From Mobula hypostoma (lineage: Eukaryota): a stretch of 64,000 nucleotides of DNA. The stretch covers positions 18,850,001 through 18,914,000 of the forward strand of contig NC_086118.1 of assembly GCF_963921235.1 (NCBI RefSeq), written 5' to 3'. Both the position numbers and the translations under genes were made by a program. Shown one piece after another: positions 27,229 through 40,230 of this stretch. The number at the start of each line of letters is the position of its first letter. Positions within the stretch are counted from its first letter, which is position 1. A model generated the notes under the pieces. The model was not told the origin of the DNA. It saw nothing but the letters and a program-made list of their open reading frames with translations, and did not search any database.

Positions 27229-28327
27229 TAATGTGCACAGGATTAGTGTAAATGGGTGTGTGAGTGGCCTACTTCTGTGCTGTATGACACCATGATTTTC
27301 ATAACTTCTGTAACTATTATACTTCATTCAACTTGAATAATATTAGACTTATGATCTTCCTATTTCTGGGGATGGCAGAAATATTTGAGTCCTAAACAGT
27401 TGAACATTTTCATACAGATTGTTGCAAGGATCTTCATTCTGTACCCACCACCCTGAAAGAACAAGAATTATTTCCAGCTCAGCTAAAGTACAATGTTCCT
27501 TTGCTTGCTTTAAGTGTACTAGGACAAAAAAAAATCCATTGACCTGAAATTCCGAAAACTCATTGCAAGCTTCCAGGAAAATAAAAGAGTTCCTTCCAGA
27601 CAAATCTGAAAATTATCACCAAGGCCAGTACAGTGCAAAACTGAATCCTCGTATGTTTTAAAACCTTCTGTTAAAAAAGCAATGGCATGCTTAATTGGTT
27701 TGACATGAAGAAGCAGTAATGTTTATTTTCCTGGTCAAATCATTCTGCAAAATTTAACTCTGAACTGTGTGGCTGCACCTTAAGACTGGTTCCACATTTG
27801 GCTGTTCCGGAGGGCACTGAAGACGTGCTCACTTCATGTGCTGGGGTGCAAGTCTGGGTAATCGAATAACGATTTCCTAATCAGCACTTCCCGTATGTGA
27901 CAAGCTTCATTGGGAGTGCATGATTACAGAATTGGCCCCATTACTTGTTTCCTTCCAAAATTACTCATAAAAAGGATGTGATAATTTAGTGAATGTTGGA
28001 AATTCTTACATAAATCAACCAAGTAACTTTTCTGCTGTCTTTCTGCTATCATTTCTGTAGTAGATTACAGAAACGTTGTAACATTTGCTTACATAAGGTT
28101 TGCCACACAGCTGCGAAACAGGCGTATGTCATTATTTATTTTATACGCCAGCCTCCTCAAAACATACTTCATCTCACGCCATTATCACAACTTCTGATTC
28201 TTTTCTCCCTTATATAATTATATAAATGCAGCTATTTTAATCAGTTCCATTTGGGAACATTTTAGTCATTCTGACTGAAGTGTGATTACCTTATATTTGT
28301 GATTCTCTTACTGGATTCCCACATATG

Positions 28328-28830
28328 AACATAACATAGAAACATAGAAACATAGAAAATAGGTGCAGGAGTAGGCCATTTGGCCCTTCGAGCCTGCACC
28401 GCCATTTATTATGATCATGGCTGATCATCCAACTCAGAACCCTGCACCAGCCTTCCCTCCATACCCCCTGATCCCCGTAGCCACAAGGGCCATATCTAAC
28501 TCACTCTTAACTCACACTGTTTCCTGTGGCAGAGAATTCCACAGATTCACCACTCTCTGTGTGAAGAAGTTTTTCCTAATCTCAGTCCTAAAAGGCTTCC
28601 CCCTTATCCTCAAACTGTGACCCCTCACTCTGGACTTCCCCAACATCGGGAACAATCTTCCTGCATCTAGCCTGTCCAATCCCTTTAGGATTTTATACGT
28701 TTCAATCAGATCCCCCCCTCAATCTTCTAAATTCCAACGAGTACAAGCCTAGTTCATCCAGTCTTTCTTCATATGAAAGTTCTGCCATCCCAGGAATCAA
28801 TCTGGTGAACCTTCTTTGTACTCCCTCTAT
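28328..28830 (-). mobile_element. Young CR1 3' end (same subfamily as 50648-52643)
   Basis: (CATAGAAA)n tail. Nearly identical to the reverse complement of 52140-52643. Antisense ORFs 28411 and 52348 are almost identical. Confidence 0.95.
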
Positions 28831-28949
28831 AACGATTATTTAATCTAGAGAACCCTCCTAAAATTTTAACGATCTGCTTTTGGTCACCTATCGCTTAGGC
28901 TTTTGGCTGTTGGTTCCACTGAGCAGGGCAAATCAGATGATTCCCAAAA

Positions 28950-29240
28950 CAGGCATTCTACTCTACCACATGAAGAGATTTAACATCCCCATTGACTCAC
29001 TGGAATCTGTAGCCCATGACCATTCGAAATGGAGAAGGAGCATTGGGTTTGGCATTGAGAACCCCAGGCCATATGCCAAGAGAATGCAGAAGTCCTGAGT
29101 GTGCTGCAGAAGGAATGCTTCACTTCACAAAATATCATTCATGCTCTCATTGCCAAGCACCTCATGTCCCACATGTTGCAAAATCTGTGGGTCAAGCATT
29201 GCTCTCATCAATCACTTCAGAAGCAGAATGGGTGCAAACA
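28950..29240 (+). mobile_element. RTE-clade LINE 3' remnant
   Basis: KRFNIPIDSLESVAHDHSKWRRSI and CPTCCKICGSSIALINHFRS resemble the RTE ORF C-terminus with a C2H2-like motif. Confidence 0.7.
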
Positions 29241-29260
29241 GTCCCTCCCTCTCAAGGAGC

Positions 29261-29525
29261 GGAAGAAAGAAGATAAGGAACCAGTAGAAAAGGAAGAAAA
29301 GTAGAAAGAAGAGGAAGAGGAAAATGAGGAGGACAGAGAAGAGGAAGAAACAGGAAATGTAGAAAAAGATGAAATAATATATAAGAGATAAGAAATGAAT
29401 ATGAGAAAGAACAGGAAAAGCAAGAAGAGGAAGTGTAGGAAGAGAAAAAGAGTAAAGAAAGGAGCAGAAAGGGGAAGAAAATGAAAACAAAAATAAATGA
29501 ATAAGTGGGAGAGGTGAAAGAAGAT
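29261..29525. repeat. A/G-rich low-complexity tract (degenerate GAA repeat)
   Basis: Strongly purine-biased run directly after the RTE remnant. Confidence 0.85.
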
Positions 29526-30849
29526 CTTACACACACACACAGTCTCTTTTAAAAATATGTAACACATTTTTAACTCTGTAAATGATTACATAACGCATGC
29601 ATTTAAATAAATTGGGCCAGAACTTACTGCTGGCCATGAGCCGCCTACATTAACTGCTGATCTATGTAAAAAATATGAATTTACCTATTTGTAAATCTAT
29701 TGCTGTAAGCTTGTGAATTTGTCCTGATTCTAAATGATTAGGTCCCCCGTGGTGATGAGGCCTTGTTCAATGGAATGCCTCACTAGTCTGGCAGTTAGTT
29801 GGTTGTCCACTGCGCTTGCCTGGAGAAGGGCAGAGGCGCCCAGATGCAAGCAGTTTCACCATACAATAAACTTAACTGATCTTCTGGCATTTCTAGCATG
29901 AGTCACTTCATAGAAATAAAAAGCAATACGGAAATCAAACCTGGAAATACATTTAATGGAGTTTCAAGGGGTTACTTTATTCATACGTGGATCGTTTTTA
30001 CTGAATCACATGATTTCCAGTAATAAAGTTTAATGATGGTAACTAATGCAGTCATTATAACTTACAGGTCAAAATGAACAGTTGCCTTCCAATTAAATGA
30101 TCTTGTCTTGAAACATATTTACCTCTTGCTACAGTTCTGCACAATGAGCTGAAGATCTGGTGCAAGCACAACTGAACTCTTGGTGCTCACTGGGCTTTCC
30201 AGAATCCGGAGGTGAAACATAAGTAATCTGAGCTAAGGTACTCGATGCAAAGTACATCCAACCTCCAGATTTATCCAAACCTTGGCGGACATATGTTGAG
30301 TGACATATTCATTTGAAGGCAGTTGCTTACACTGATTGAAAACGTTGATGAACCAGTCGTCTGTTCTGTCTTCGTTTAACTAATCTTAATACTTTTAAGT
30401 TCCATCAACAAAATATAGCTTCAAGTAAGTTTATTATTTGTATGCTTTTTATTTAATCATCTAAATCCCTTAATATATCTTTAATTTAAAAGCCATTCAA
30501 AGGCCTGTGCTATCAGTGTCTATGGGCCATCAGGACTTGAAGTGGAGCCTCCAGTTCAGTCCCTTAAGAACTTTCTGTGATTGTGATCACTTTGCTTTGT
30601 AGAATAGCAGTGGCAAACCTTCCAGGTCAATTGGAAAACAAGGCTCTAAAAAACAACTGTGCCCACAACAATAACAATGGGCTCATGCACAGGGCTTGAC
30701 CCAGGCCCATTTGCTACTCAAGCTTGGTAATAGCATTAATAATTATACCAACAGAGGTGATCGGCCCATTATCTACAATCAGTGAAAAGTATTGGGCACT
30801 ACTGTATATTGACCACCAAATATGATATTCATATTCCGAAATGCCCTCA

Positions 30850-31213
30850 ACCAATTAAGTGCTTTTGAATTGCAGTTACAGTTGTGGGATTTGAGAAACA
30901 CACAAGTAATTTGTGCACAGTAAGTTTCCTAAGTTTGTGATGTTGAATGATGGACAAAAATTAGCTGAGGCTCCAGAAGAGCTCTGCTCTTCTCCAACAT
31001 ATTGCTTTGGGATCTTTACAGTTCACCTGAGAGGGCAGATTGGACCTTGGCTTAATGTATCATCTGAAAGACAATACATCGAGCAATCCATCACATGATT
31101 CAGCACCGAAGACTCCCCCTAGATTATTATGTATTATCAAGTATCCAGCTTGGGACTTTTAGCAATAACCTTCTGATTCAGAGGTGAGAATGTTACCAAT
31201 GGAATTTCAGCTG
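30850..31213 (-). mobile_element. SacSINE1/Deu-domain-like ancient SINE
   Basis: aatttgtgcacag...tgctcttct...gggatctttacagttcacctgagagggcagat...catctgaaagac...aaccttctgattcagaggtgagaatgttacca matches the recalled SacSINE1 reverse complement. Confidence 0.7.
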
Positions 31214-32731
31214 TTCCTTCTACATTCAAAAATGGACTGACATCGGATTTTGTTTTGACAAGTGCTGAAGAGTACAAGAGACATGTCACGTCATGGCTGT
31301 AAGCCATTCACTACAGCAACATAATTCTTAATCACCAAAGTAATGGTTCACCACATAGTGATGCAGGGAGATTCATTCCTGCAGACCTTCCAGTGGCCAA
31401 GCTGTAAATGCACCAGGATCTGGAAGGAATAAGCAGCAATTGTTAAGTATCACCCTGGACAGACCTACTTTCAGTATCAACCTTTGATTTCTGTCTACAT
31501 TTCTGAAGGCTGCTGTTTCCACAGTAGCTCTTTTAGCTGTGTGAGATGAATACATTAATAATTGGGTACTTATATTGTCAATTCCACCCCCTTCATTTCT
31601 CTATGTGTAAGTTCAAAATATCCATAATTTTCTCTGATAGTTTTTGAACAAATATTCAAGTTAATATAAATTTTAAAATAATTTAAATATGGCCATTCCT
31701 GGCAGCTAATGAATAAATATGCTGTGCAAGTGATAGTGTTGGGTCATAGCAGAGAGTGTGAACCATCGTGCTTTGGGCAGTGGTAAAATTAGCTCCACAA
31801 TTTTCAGGTGCATGAATGGCTAAGTTAGTAAGCATTCTCCCCTTGCATCTTTTTCTTTCTGTGAGGATGTCAGGTGAGAATAAGTTTGGGCTTAGGCCAG
31901 GACACAACAACCAGATTCACAGATGCTTAATGGTCACTTGGGACAGCACTGGTGTCAATGGAATCAGTGCTCCGGAAAGAAGAGAGAAAAATCTTTTACT
32001 TTGAGAAGGGTGAAATTACTGCCGACATCGCAGACAGAACCCACTGCAACAAATTCAGTGAACAATAATCCGTAACCAATTCATTGGCTGCAGTTTTAGC
32101 AATCCTTGTCAATGCAGACTGAAATTACATTTAAAATGTTTCTAATGTCACTTTACAGGGAGCAGGAAAAGCAGGTTTGCTTTCTCTACTGCAGTCCTTA
32201 GCCAATCAGACTTAGGTTAAAGAGAGTCTAACAGAATAAACGTCATCTCTCTCCATAATCAGATTCCATCCAACAGAAAACCTGACAGCTCACCATTTAA
32301 CAGGACAAACAGATATGTGACAAATCCTAAGTAGCACGGTTGGCGTGAAAGGAAAGATATAGTAAAGAATACAGCCAGATACATGATTCTGAAGATACCT
32401 ATTGTAACGGTTCAATAGGACAACGTATTGGACTACACAGCATTTGAACTATAGCTGACACCACTACAGGAAAAGGAACAGAATGCAGTCCACTGTAGTC
32501 ATGCTTATGGGCATAACATTTGTAAGTAAATGCTGAAAGCCAATTTGCTTTTGGCAGCTGTTTGGCATGTGCTTGCCTAAAATTCTTCTCCATTCTACAC
32601 TCATTGATACTGAAGTTTTATATGCCCATACAGTCATTAATAGGAACAAGAAGCATAGGCTGAGCTTGTGAGCTTGTGTTCACACTTAGCTGCCTCCTTT
32701 TAAGAGAAAGGTCTTTCTTATTGAAGTTTAT

Positions 32732-33547
32732 GCAGATGGAGTTCAATCTGGATAAATGTGAGGTGATGCATTTTGGAAGGGCAAACCAGAAGGCTGAATA
32801 CAGGGTTAATGGTCAGTTACTTAAGAGTGTGGATGAACAGAGGGACCTTGGGGTTCAAATCCATACATCCCTCAAGGTCGCAGCACAGGTTGATAGGATA
32901 GTTAACAAGGCCTATGGGATGCTAGGCTTCATTAATAGGGGGATTGAGTTCAAGAGTAGAGAGGTCATGTTGCAACTCTACAAATCTCTGGATAGACCAC
33001 ACTTGGAGTATTGTGTTCAGTTCTGGTCACCTCATTATAGGAAGGATGTGGAAGCTATGGAGAGGGTGCAGAGGAGATTTACCAGGATGTTACCTGGATT
33101 GGAAAACAAGTCTTATGAAGCAAGGTTAGTAGAGCTGGGACTTTTCTCTTTGGATCGTAGAAGGATGAGAGGGGACTTGATGGAAGTCTACAAGATTATG
33201 ACAGGCATAGATAGGTTGGATAGCCAGTACCTGTTTCCCAGGGCACAAATAGCAAACACCAGAGGGTATATGTACAAAGTTAAGGGAGGGAAGTTTAGGG
33301 GAGACATCAGGGTAAGTTTTTTTACACAGAGGGTTGTGGGTGCCCGGAATTACTTGCCAGGAATGGTGGTGGAGGTTAAAACATTAGGGGTATTTAAGAG
33401 CCTCTTGGACAGGCACATGGATTAAAGAAAAATAGAGGGTTATGGGGTAGTGTAGGTTTAGTACATTGTTTTTTTAAGGAATATATGGGTCGCCACAACA
33501 TCGAGGGCCAAAGGGCCTGTACTGTGTTGTAGCATTCTAGTGTCTAG
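32732..33547 (+). mobile_element. 5'-truncated CR1 LINE (ORF2 C-terminus)
   Basis: QMEFNLDKCEVMHFG...RPHLEYCVQFWSPHY...FFTQRVV open to the stop at 33425. Tail aagggcctgtactgtg...tctagtgtctag. Confidence 0.95.
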
Positions 33548-34658
33548 TTTTCAACAGTGACTTTATTACGTCTATTTTATAGTTAAGGAAACCAAGTAAT
33601 GAGCCAAATCCCAGTCTGAAGGCCATAATTACAGTTGTGAAGAGTGGAATAAAAGTTAAAATTAATCCTCTGAGGTTTTTGTTTAAAGGCTGACCCATTG
33701 TGAATTTAAAAAAAAAACAAGGATCTCCAGTGATGCATTTGTCTTAATTTGCTCATTGCCAAGTTAGAGGGAGAAGTAGATCACCAGATGCAGTATTTGC
33801 TGTGTTGCTGGGAGAATCAAAAAGGAAAATTCTCCTGATTGCTGACCATTAGAAATTGACTGTAAGACCAAAGTGAGACAATGTTTAATCATCGGCAATT
33901 TTCCTAATAAAATAAATCTCTCCTTCATTAAAAGACAAGCTTTGAAATTTCTTCGTATGCTGTGTTCTGATTGCTCACTGTTCATGTCCCTTAATCGTTC
34001 AGATTGCGTCACCCTTCCTCTCCCTTCTTATATCTGGTTAGCCGTGCTATATTTTACCTCTTCTAAATCTGTATTCCACATAGGATGTTGCCATTTGAAC
34101 TATAACCCTTCATCCAAATCACCTGTCACACGAACACTCAAGATATTTTACTGCATAGCTCAAAAGGATAAAATATTTGTAACTGCATTTCATAAATCAT
34201 TGTTAGAAATTATTAATTCTTTTGGAACATCATATTGCTCAATTGTTAAAAGGGCTTTTCTTCATATGATGTTTTATTTTTAATTATTTGTCATGAGTTG
34301 ATAATGTGGTGTGTTATAAGCCATATAAATACTTCATAGAAAATCCTCAGTCATTTCAGACTTGCTCTCGGCACCAATAGATCTGCCTGAAATAAATAAT
34401 TTGCTTGGATTCTGATCAGTGTTCTGAATTGCTTGAGGAGCTGGATGGCAAACCTGAGACTAATTTTTCTCAGTAACACACACATCCCTCATCTCCTCAA
34501 ACATCAATTGCTCTTATCTGTCTGCGCGAGTCATTATTGACAAATACTTGATTAATTGTTGCATCCCTTTTTAGGTCGTTACTTGAAAAGTTGCTTGAAT
34601 TTCAATGAACACCAGCCCATAAGATCATGATCAAGAAACATTATTGACATGACTAATC

Positions 34659-35668
34659 TGTTACGTTCAAAATATTGAAATAAATCACAGGAAGACATGG
34701 GAGTCCAAAATGCGAGTCTAACTTTGGGTTTAATCTTAAGAGGGTTAATGGCGCCTAATGGCGACTCCTCTGCTTTCATCTTCGGAAACAGCTCTATTTT
34801 CATCTTTAATGTCTCTATTTTTTGCTTTTCAAGGTTCTTCTGAAGACCCTGACCTGGAGTTACATGCTGACTACGGTTCTTTGCCAGAATGGAACCTGCT
34901 CTCGGGGTTCCATAACTGGCCATTGTTTGGCACGCCAAAGGCTCGGCCTAAGAGTCCAGCTCGAATTCAGAAGCCTAGGATCTCGGGGCTCTGGAGATGG
35001 GCGGATCGAGGGTTGGCGTCACAACAGGAGATCCATGTGTCGTCAGGGGAGTCAGGATATCTGCTGTGTGCCTGAAGACCCAGGATCTTTGAGATCCTCA
35101 AGCACAGGGCTTGAAAAAGTGACATAACAGACTTTTAACATCGTAAATCAGCGAGTTGTTTGTTATATCTCCTCGTTCACTAGGAAAATGGAGACATCTT
35201 TTTCCCTTTCTATGTCGAATACCGGGTGAAATGTGAAGTCTTTGGGGTAACTGCAAGTCTGTGTCTTTGCTATTGCTTTGCTCATGCTTGAGTGCTCGGT
35301 GACGGTGCCGATGTTTTTTTTTGCTGGTGAGGGGTGAGGGGATTGTTGCTCGCTGTCGCTTACACGCGGGAGGGAGGAGTTGAGGGGGACTTCGGGGTTC
35401 TAACATTTAACTGTCGTTCATTCTTTGGGGCACTCCTCTGTTTTTGTGGATGGTTGCAAAGAAAAAGCATTTCAGGATGTATATTGTATAGATTTCTGTG
35501 ACATTAAATTATACCTTTGAACCTTTGAAGTGGCGCGTGCATGTATCACATGTGATTACGTATGCATTTCACGTATTTACACATTTAACCTGTAACGAAT
35601 TATTTAAATGAACAAGCGTGCTTAATTAAACAATATATTCACAAGATTGAAATATTAAATACACAACT
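34659..35668 (-). mobile_element. Probable solo LTR (about 225 bp) split by a younger insert
   Basis: Plus strand tgttacg... at 34659 and ...aaatacacaac at 35667. Flanks taatc / caatc are a candidate TSD. The AT-rich halves sit on either side of 34743-35529. Confidence 0.5.
34743..35529 (+). mobile_element. About 790-bp non-coding, CpG-rich retroposon with (CTTTGAA)n tail
   Basis: Starts atggcgcctaatggcgactcc. Ends ttcaggatgtatattgtata...acattaaa...acctttgaacctttgaa. No credible ORF. Confidence 0.7.
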
Positions 35669-38164
35669 CAATCAACACAGCAGTGAATCAACAGCATTAT
35701 AATGTATGCAAAAGATCTTGTGCAGTTTTGGATAATCACTTGATGGGCAATTGTGTGTAAAAGTCAAATACAGTTTTGCTGTCCATCATCATACTGTAAA
35801 GCTTTTGTCCATTATTGAACAACATTAACAACTAGCTTCTGTGTACATTGTTGGTCATTTACAAGTTACAGACAACAAATGAACTTGATTGTAATAGATC
35901 TGGTGTGGTTGAGCACATGAGTGATTATTTTAAGTTCAAGTTGAAGTTTGTTGCCGTTGGTGTAATTCCATGAAAGTTTGTTCCTTGCAGCAGCAGGACA
36001 GATTAAAATGTGACAATGTATTCAGTAATGTTTTGAATAGGTTATCAACAATGCAAATCCCATTTCTAAATTGAAAATTTCACTACATTATTTACAAGGA
36101 ATAAAATAATAATACATTAAATATATTAGATTATTTTAGTTCCAAACCTGGAACAGCAGTATCTTACACACTAAATATGGTGCAGATTCAACATTTAGAA
36201 ATAGCTAATGGTTACTTGTGAGTTAAAGACAGAGCTTTAAATGACATTTATAATGAAACAGTAAACCACTGGAGCAAAGACTAAGTAATATAAATCTGCA
36301 AGATCTTGATGAGCGTCCTTATTCATTTTCTTTTTTTTTACACAGCAGTTGTCCTTGTGACATCTGAGTGAGATTCCAATTTAGCCCTAATTAGTTCCAA
36401 ATTATAGACAGCTTTGAGCTGTAGACGACACCTGCTCAAATATGGATCAAGGCGATGTTGAACTAATTTACCATCTTTGATTCAATTTCAATCCTCATTG
36501 CAAGGAGCAAAAAGTACTCTACTTGTCCACTGTATTAAACAACCTTAATCATTTACTTTAATTTGAAACCCACAACTAAGAATAAAAATATGAAGTTATT
36601 ATTAAAGCATTTAATACAAATTGGTTGCCACCTCATTTGAATTAGTGTTGATCTTTTAGGGTTAATTACATCACTGAAGCACTTTTGTTGAGATTGTACA
36701 CATGACACAAATCATTCTCAATTCTTTATTAAATTAGCCTAATTTCTTTTTGAAATTACCAGCTGAGGAATTAATTTTAAAAAAACTTTTGTTTCATATG
36801 GCTTTTGATTCCATCTGCAATGTGACTCAGGTTATGTTGATTTATAGCAATGATCCAGAGAGGCTGTGTTGGCTTTTAATATATGTGTTTTATTCTGTTA
36901 TTGAGATTGAGCTGTGTTTAACCTGGCACGTCACTGACTGTTACTTTCTGTTGCTAGTAGTTGTCTAGACAGGCTTGCAGATTGGTACAGATTTATTCAT
37001 TTCTAATTTTCAGTCATAAAATTTAAAATAGTATTAGTTCAAACAGGGATTTAAGATTTTAATCTTACTCATATACTCTGACTGACATCTACAACTTCTA
37101 TAACAAAGCCTAAATCTGGATACCAACAATTTTATCTGCACCATATTTAGTAGTAATAGTTTATGAAAATGATTTTCATTAAACTTATATTTGGTGAGCT
37201 TTTATGAAGCTCACAAGCATCAAGCAGCATTAAACCAAAACAATGCATAAAGGACATGCACCAGTATTGATGGCTTTAAGATGGGAGATTGGTTGGTGGC
37301 AGCTATTTTGACTCCTGTAATTTGCCCTACTTGTATACACGAATAGAAAAACTATGTATGTCATCTGCTACTGAATTCTCCTGTTACATGCTGGCCTTCA
37401 AAAATAGATGGCAAGGAAAAGGTTCCCTTTTAATTGGGTTGTGTTGTCTAAAAATGAAGCTACATCACAAAAGTAAAGCAACAGTTACAGTTGTCAAGGA
37501 TATGTGATCCAAACAACATAAAGCAATTGAACAATAACTGAATATCTTCATTTAAATAAGGTACTGTATTAGTTAGCCATATGCTTCACTGAGACTGAAG
37601 GCTCTTAGATTTACGTCACGCTCTTTGAAGGTCTCTAGAACTGTGAAGAACAACTACTGAGTAATTGGTCTGTTCCACAGTGAATGTCACAGAATACTAA
37701 AACAAAAATCTGTGAACCTGCCATCTTGTAAATTCTGGTGTAAATACCCCATTGTATTTCTGACCTATAGATATGTGGTTGGGGTAAATGTTTACATGTT
37801 TCTGGGCAGGTAACTTTGGCATCTGACCATTGAACTCCTGAGTGACTGAGATACTTGAATGTAGAGAACAAATGATACCATTTGAGAAAGTCACCTGTAG
37901 CTACAGAAAGTGAAGCAATTAAATGGACATCCGTTATAAATTGAAGAATTTGAGTGATAATAAGCTTGCTCATAATCATCACCTTGACTCACGCATCGCT
38001 GAATCAGAAGTGTCTGGATTTCATTTTGCACTTTTTATTCATGCAGCTTGTTTTTGTATTTTCCTACTCAATTAAGGGAAACCCAGGCTCTCGATAACTC
38101 CTTATTGCATTATATAGAGATGATTAATTGCTATTGGATTTACTTCAGAATTTCACATAACCTA

Positions 38165-38495
38165 AGGTGATACCTCAGAGTAAGAACGTGCTGCATTAAC
38201 AGAAGCTCAGCCCCTGGAACACGGACATTAACTTACGTTCCATCTGCCAGTTCAGTTGAACGCGCAAAGTACCACACATTTTCTAAAAAGAATTCCTTCT
38301 GCTCTCCTGGCCAATATTCTCAATCCCTGAGTCAACATTAAATCTCGATTAATTCCCTCGTTCATCTGTTTGTACAAATGTACAATTCGCAAATTGGCTG
38401 CTAGATCTGCTTACAAGCCATCATCAATTTTTCCCTGTGAGTATGTTTTATGTGAAAGTCTGTTGGCACTCTAGTTCACTGAAAGTTGTTCTTTT
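38165..38495 (+). mobile_element. Decayed SacSINE1/Deu-like SINE
   Basis: gtgctgcatt...catctgcc..ttcagttga...ctcctggccaatatt...gcaaattggctgc is reverse-complement similar to 30900-31100. Confidence 0.5.
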
Positions 38496-38899
38496 TAATG
38501 AGTAGAATATCTAACCCCATCAAACATCTCCAAACCAAGTTACTGCAAAATCCATACAGATCATATTCCTCTTCTAGTGGCACATTTCCCATTCCTGTCT
38601 GAAGAACTGGGTAAATATAGGCAGTACTCAGGGATTAGAGATTTCTGAGTTTGAACCTCGATATTGTTTGAACTGCTAAAATGACTTAGCTCTTCAACTT
38701 AGAGAGTAATGAGCTTCAAGTTAGAACCCACTTGAGTACTGAATTGTGGAATTAATGGTTTTATTGTAAAATAAAACCTCTTCCATATTCCATAGTTAGT
38801 CATTTTTAGGAAGGACCTCTAGCATGACTTGGCCTCTACTACCGAAGATTTACTTGGGGAGTGGGGGGGGGGTGTCTTCAATGAACTCAGAATCTTCCA

Positions 38900-39258
38900 T
38901 AGCATTTTAAAGCCAATAACTTTTGAAATTAACTCACCCTTGTTAATGTAGGAAAGATGACTGCCCAACTGTACACAGCATCATGCCACAAACAACAGGT
39001 TGATAATGACCAAATAAGCTGATTTCATAAAAGATTAGTTGAGAGATAAATAATAGCTAGGCACATCATGTTCTCTGAGATAGTCTATCAGAATGATCCT
39101 TACCTGAGACAACAGATGAGAATTCAGTTTAACAACTCATTTCATAAAACAGCATCTCCAACAGTGCAGAACTTCTATGTTGCACTGAATTCTGTACTTG
39201 AGTGTCTGGAATTCACTTGAATCACAGCCTCAAGACTCAAAGATCAGAGTGACACTCT
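38900..39258 (-). mobile_element. SacSINE1/Deu-like SINE
   Basis: aatgtaggaaa...acacagca..ccacaaacaa...gataatgaccaaataa...gagataaata...acctgagac...cagcatctccaacagtgcag...gactcaaagatcagagtg. Confidence 0.65.
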
Positions 39259-39947
39259 TATTCTTTGGCAGTCCCTTACCAGTGATGATAAGTTGCACTC
39301 CAATTTGTGAGTTCTGCTGTGAATGACGAGGCCAGTATGGGAACTACATATGTGGCAGGAAATGCTTGATGGAGTGGACAGGGAAAAGGCTACTGGGTAG
39401 GTAGATATTAGTTAGCATCTGACCAAACAGCACTTAAAGATCACAACTGGCAGATGGCAAAGCCAGATTTTTTCTTTTTGTCGTAGTTTTACTTCCTGCT
39501 GGAGCTGTTTGGAAAGAAATGGTGACATCTGGGTTGTCTGGAGCCCTGTCAAGCCTCTAGGTAGAAACTTGCCAAAACACTGACTGTTGCAAGGTTTATG
39601 AACAAAACACTGGGAACTGAGAAGAAAGCAGTCGAACTGAAAGCATTCAAATTATATCCAGGAATATATCTGGACAAGTGAAAGGTCTAAATAAAGTCTA
39701 TTAGGAGAACAACGTGTGATATATTGGGAAGACGGTATTGGCATTGAACCTTCTCATCTCCCAAGACAAGAATTTGATCACATCTCTGTTCCTGAATAAG
39801 GTTACATGAAACATTACTTTTATTCTTTTTAATAAAACTGTGGCCACTAAATTTTAGATTTAATTCTTGCCATTTACTAAAGTAGTTGTAATATCTCACT
39901 TGACTTTCCACACCATAAAAGAGTGAATATTGCAGTGCTATTGATAT

Positions 39948-40230
39948 ACATGCACAAAATGCTAGAGGAACTTAGCAAGTCAGGCAGGATCTATGATGGG
40001 AAATGAGGTGTCTCGGCCCAAAACATCAACTCATTATTCCCCTCCATATGCCGCCTTACTTTCTGAGTTCCTCCAGTACTTTGTGTGTGTTGCTCAAAAT
40101 TTCCAGCATCTGCAGAATCCTGCTGAAGGGTTTCAGCCTGAAACGTCGACTGTACTCTATTCCATAAATGCTGCCTGGTCTGCTGAATTCCTCCAGCATT
40201 TTGTATGTGTTATCTGCAGAATCTCGAGTG
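39948..40230. mobile_element. Penelope-terminus array: one inverted plus two tandem copies
   Basis: cacaaaatgctagaggaac (inverted) followed by two units ending gagttcctccagtactttgtgtgtgtt / gaattcctccagcattttgtatgtgtt. Confidence 0.75.

Noticed and set aside
28328..28360. Short direct repeats as a CRISPR-like array
   Set aside because: Spacerless (CATAGAAA)n is the CR1 3' tail. There is no repeat-spacer array or cas gene anywhere in the window.
29212..29567. Overlapping Phe/Leu/Ser-rich membrane-like ORFs
   Set aside because: Artefacts of the reverse complement of a purine-rich low-complexity tract.
31099..31119. REST/RE1-like site ttcagcaccgaagactc
   Set aside because: Only the left half matches, the GGACAG half is missing, and it lies within a SINE remnant.
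37635..37982. 115-aa minus ORF with a ctacag acceptor
   Set aside because: No recognisable protein similarity and no convincing donor.
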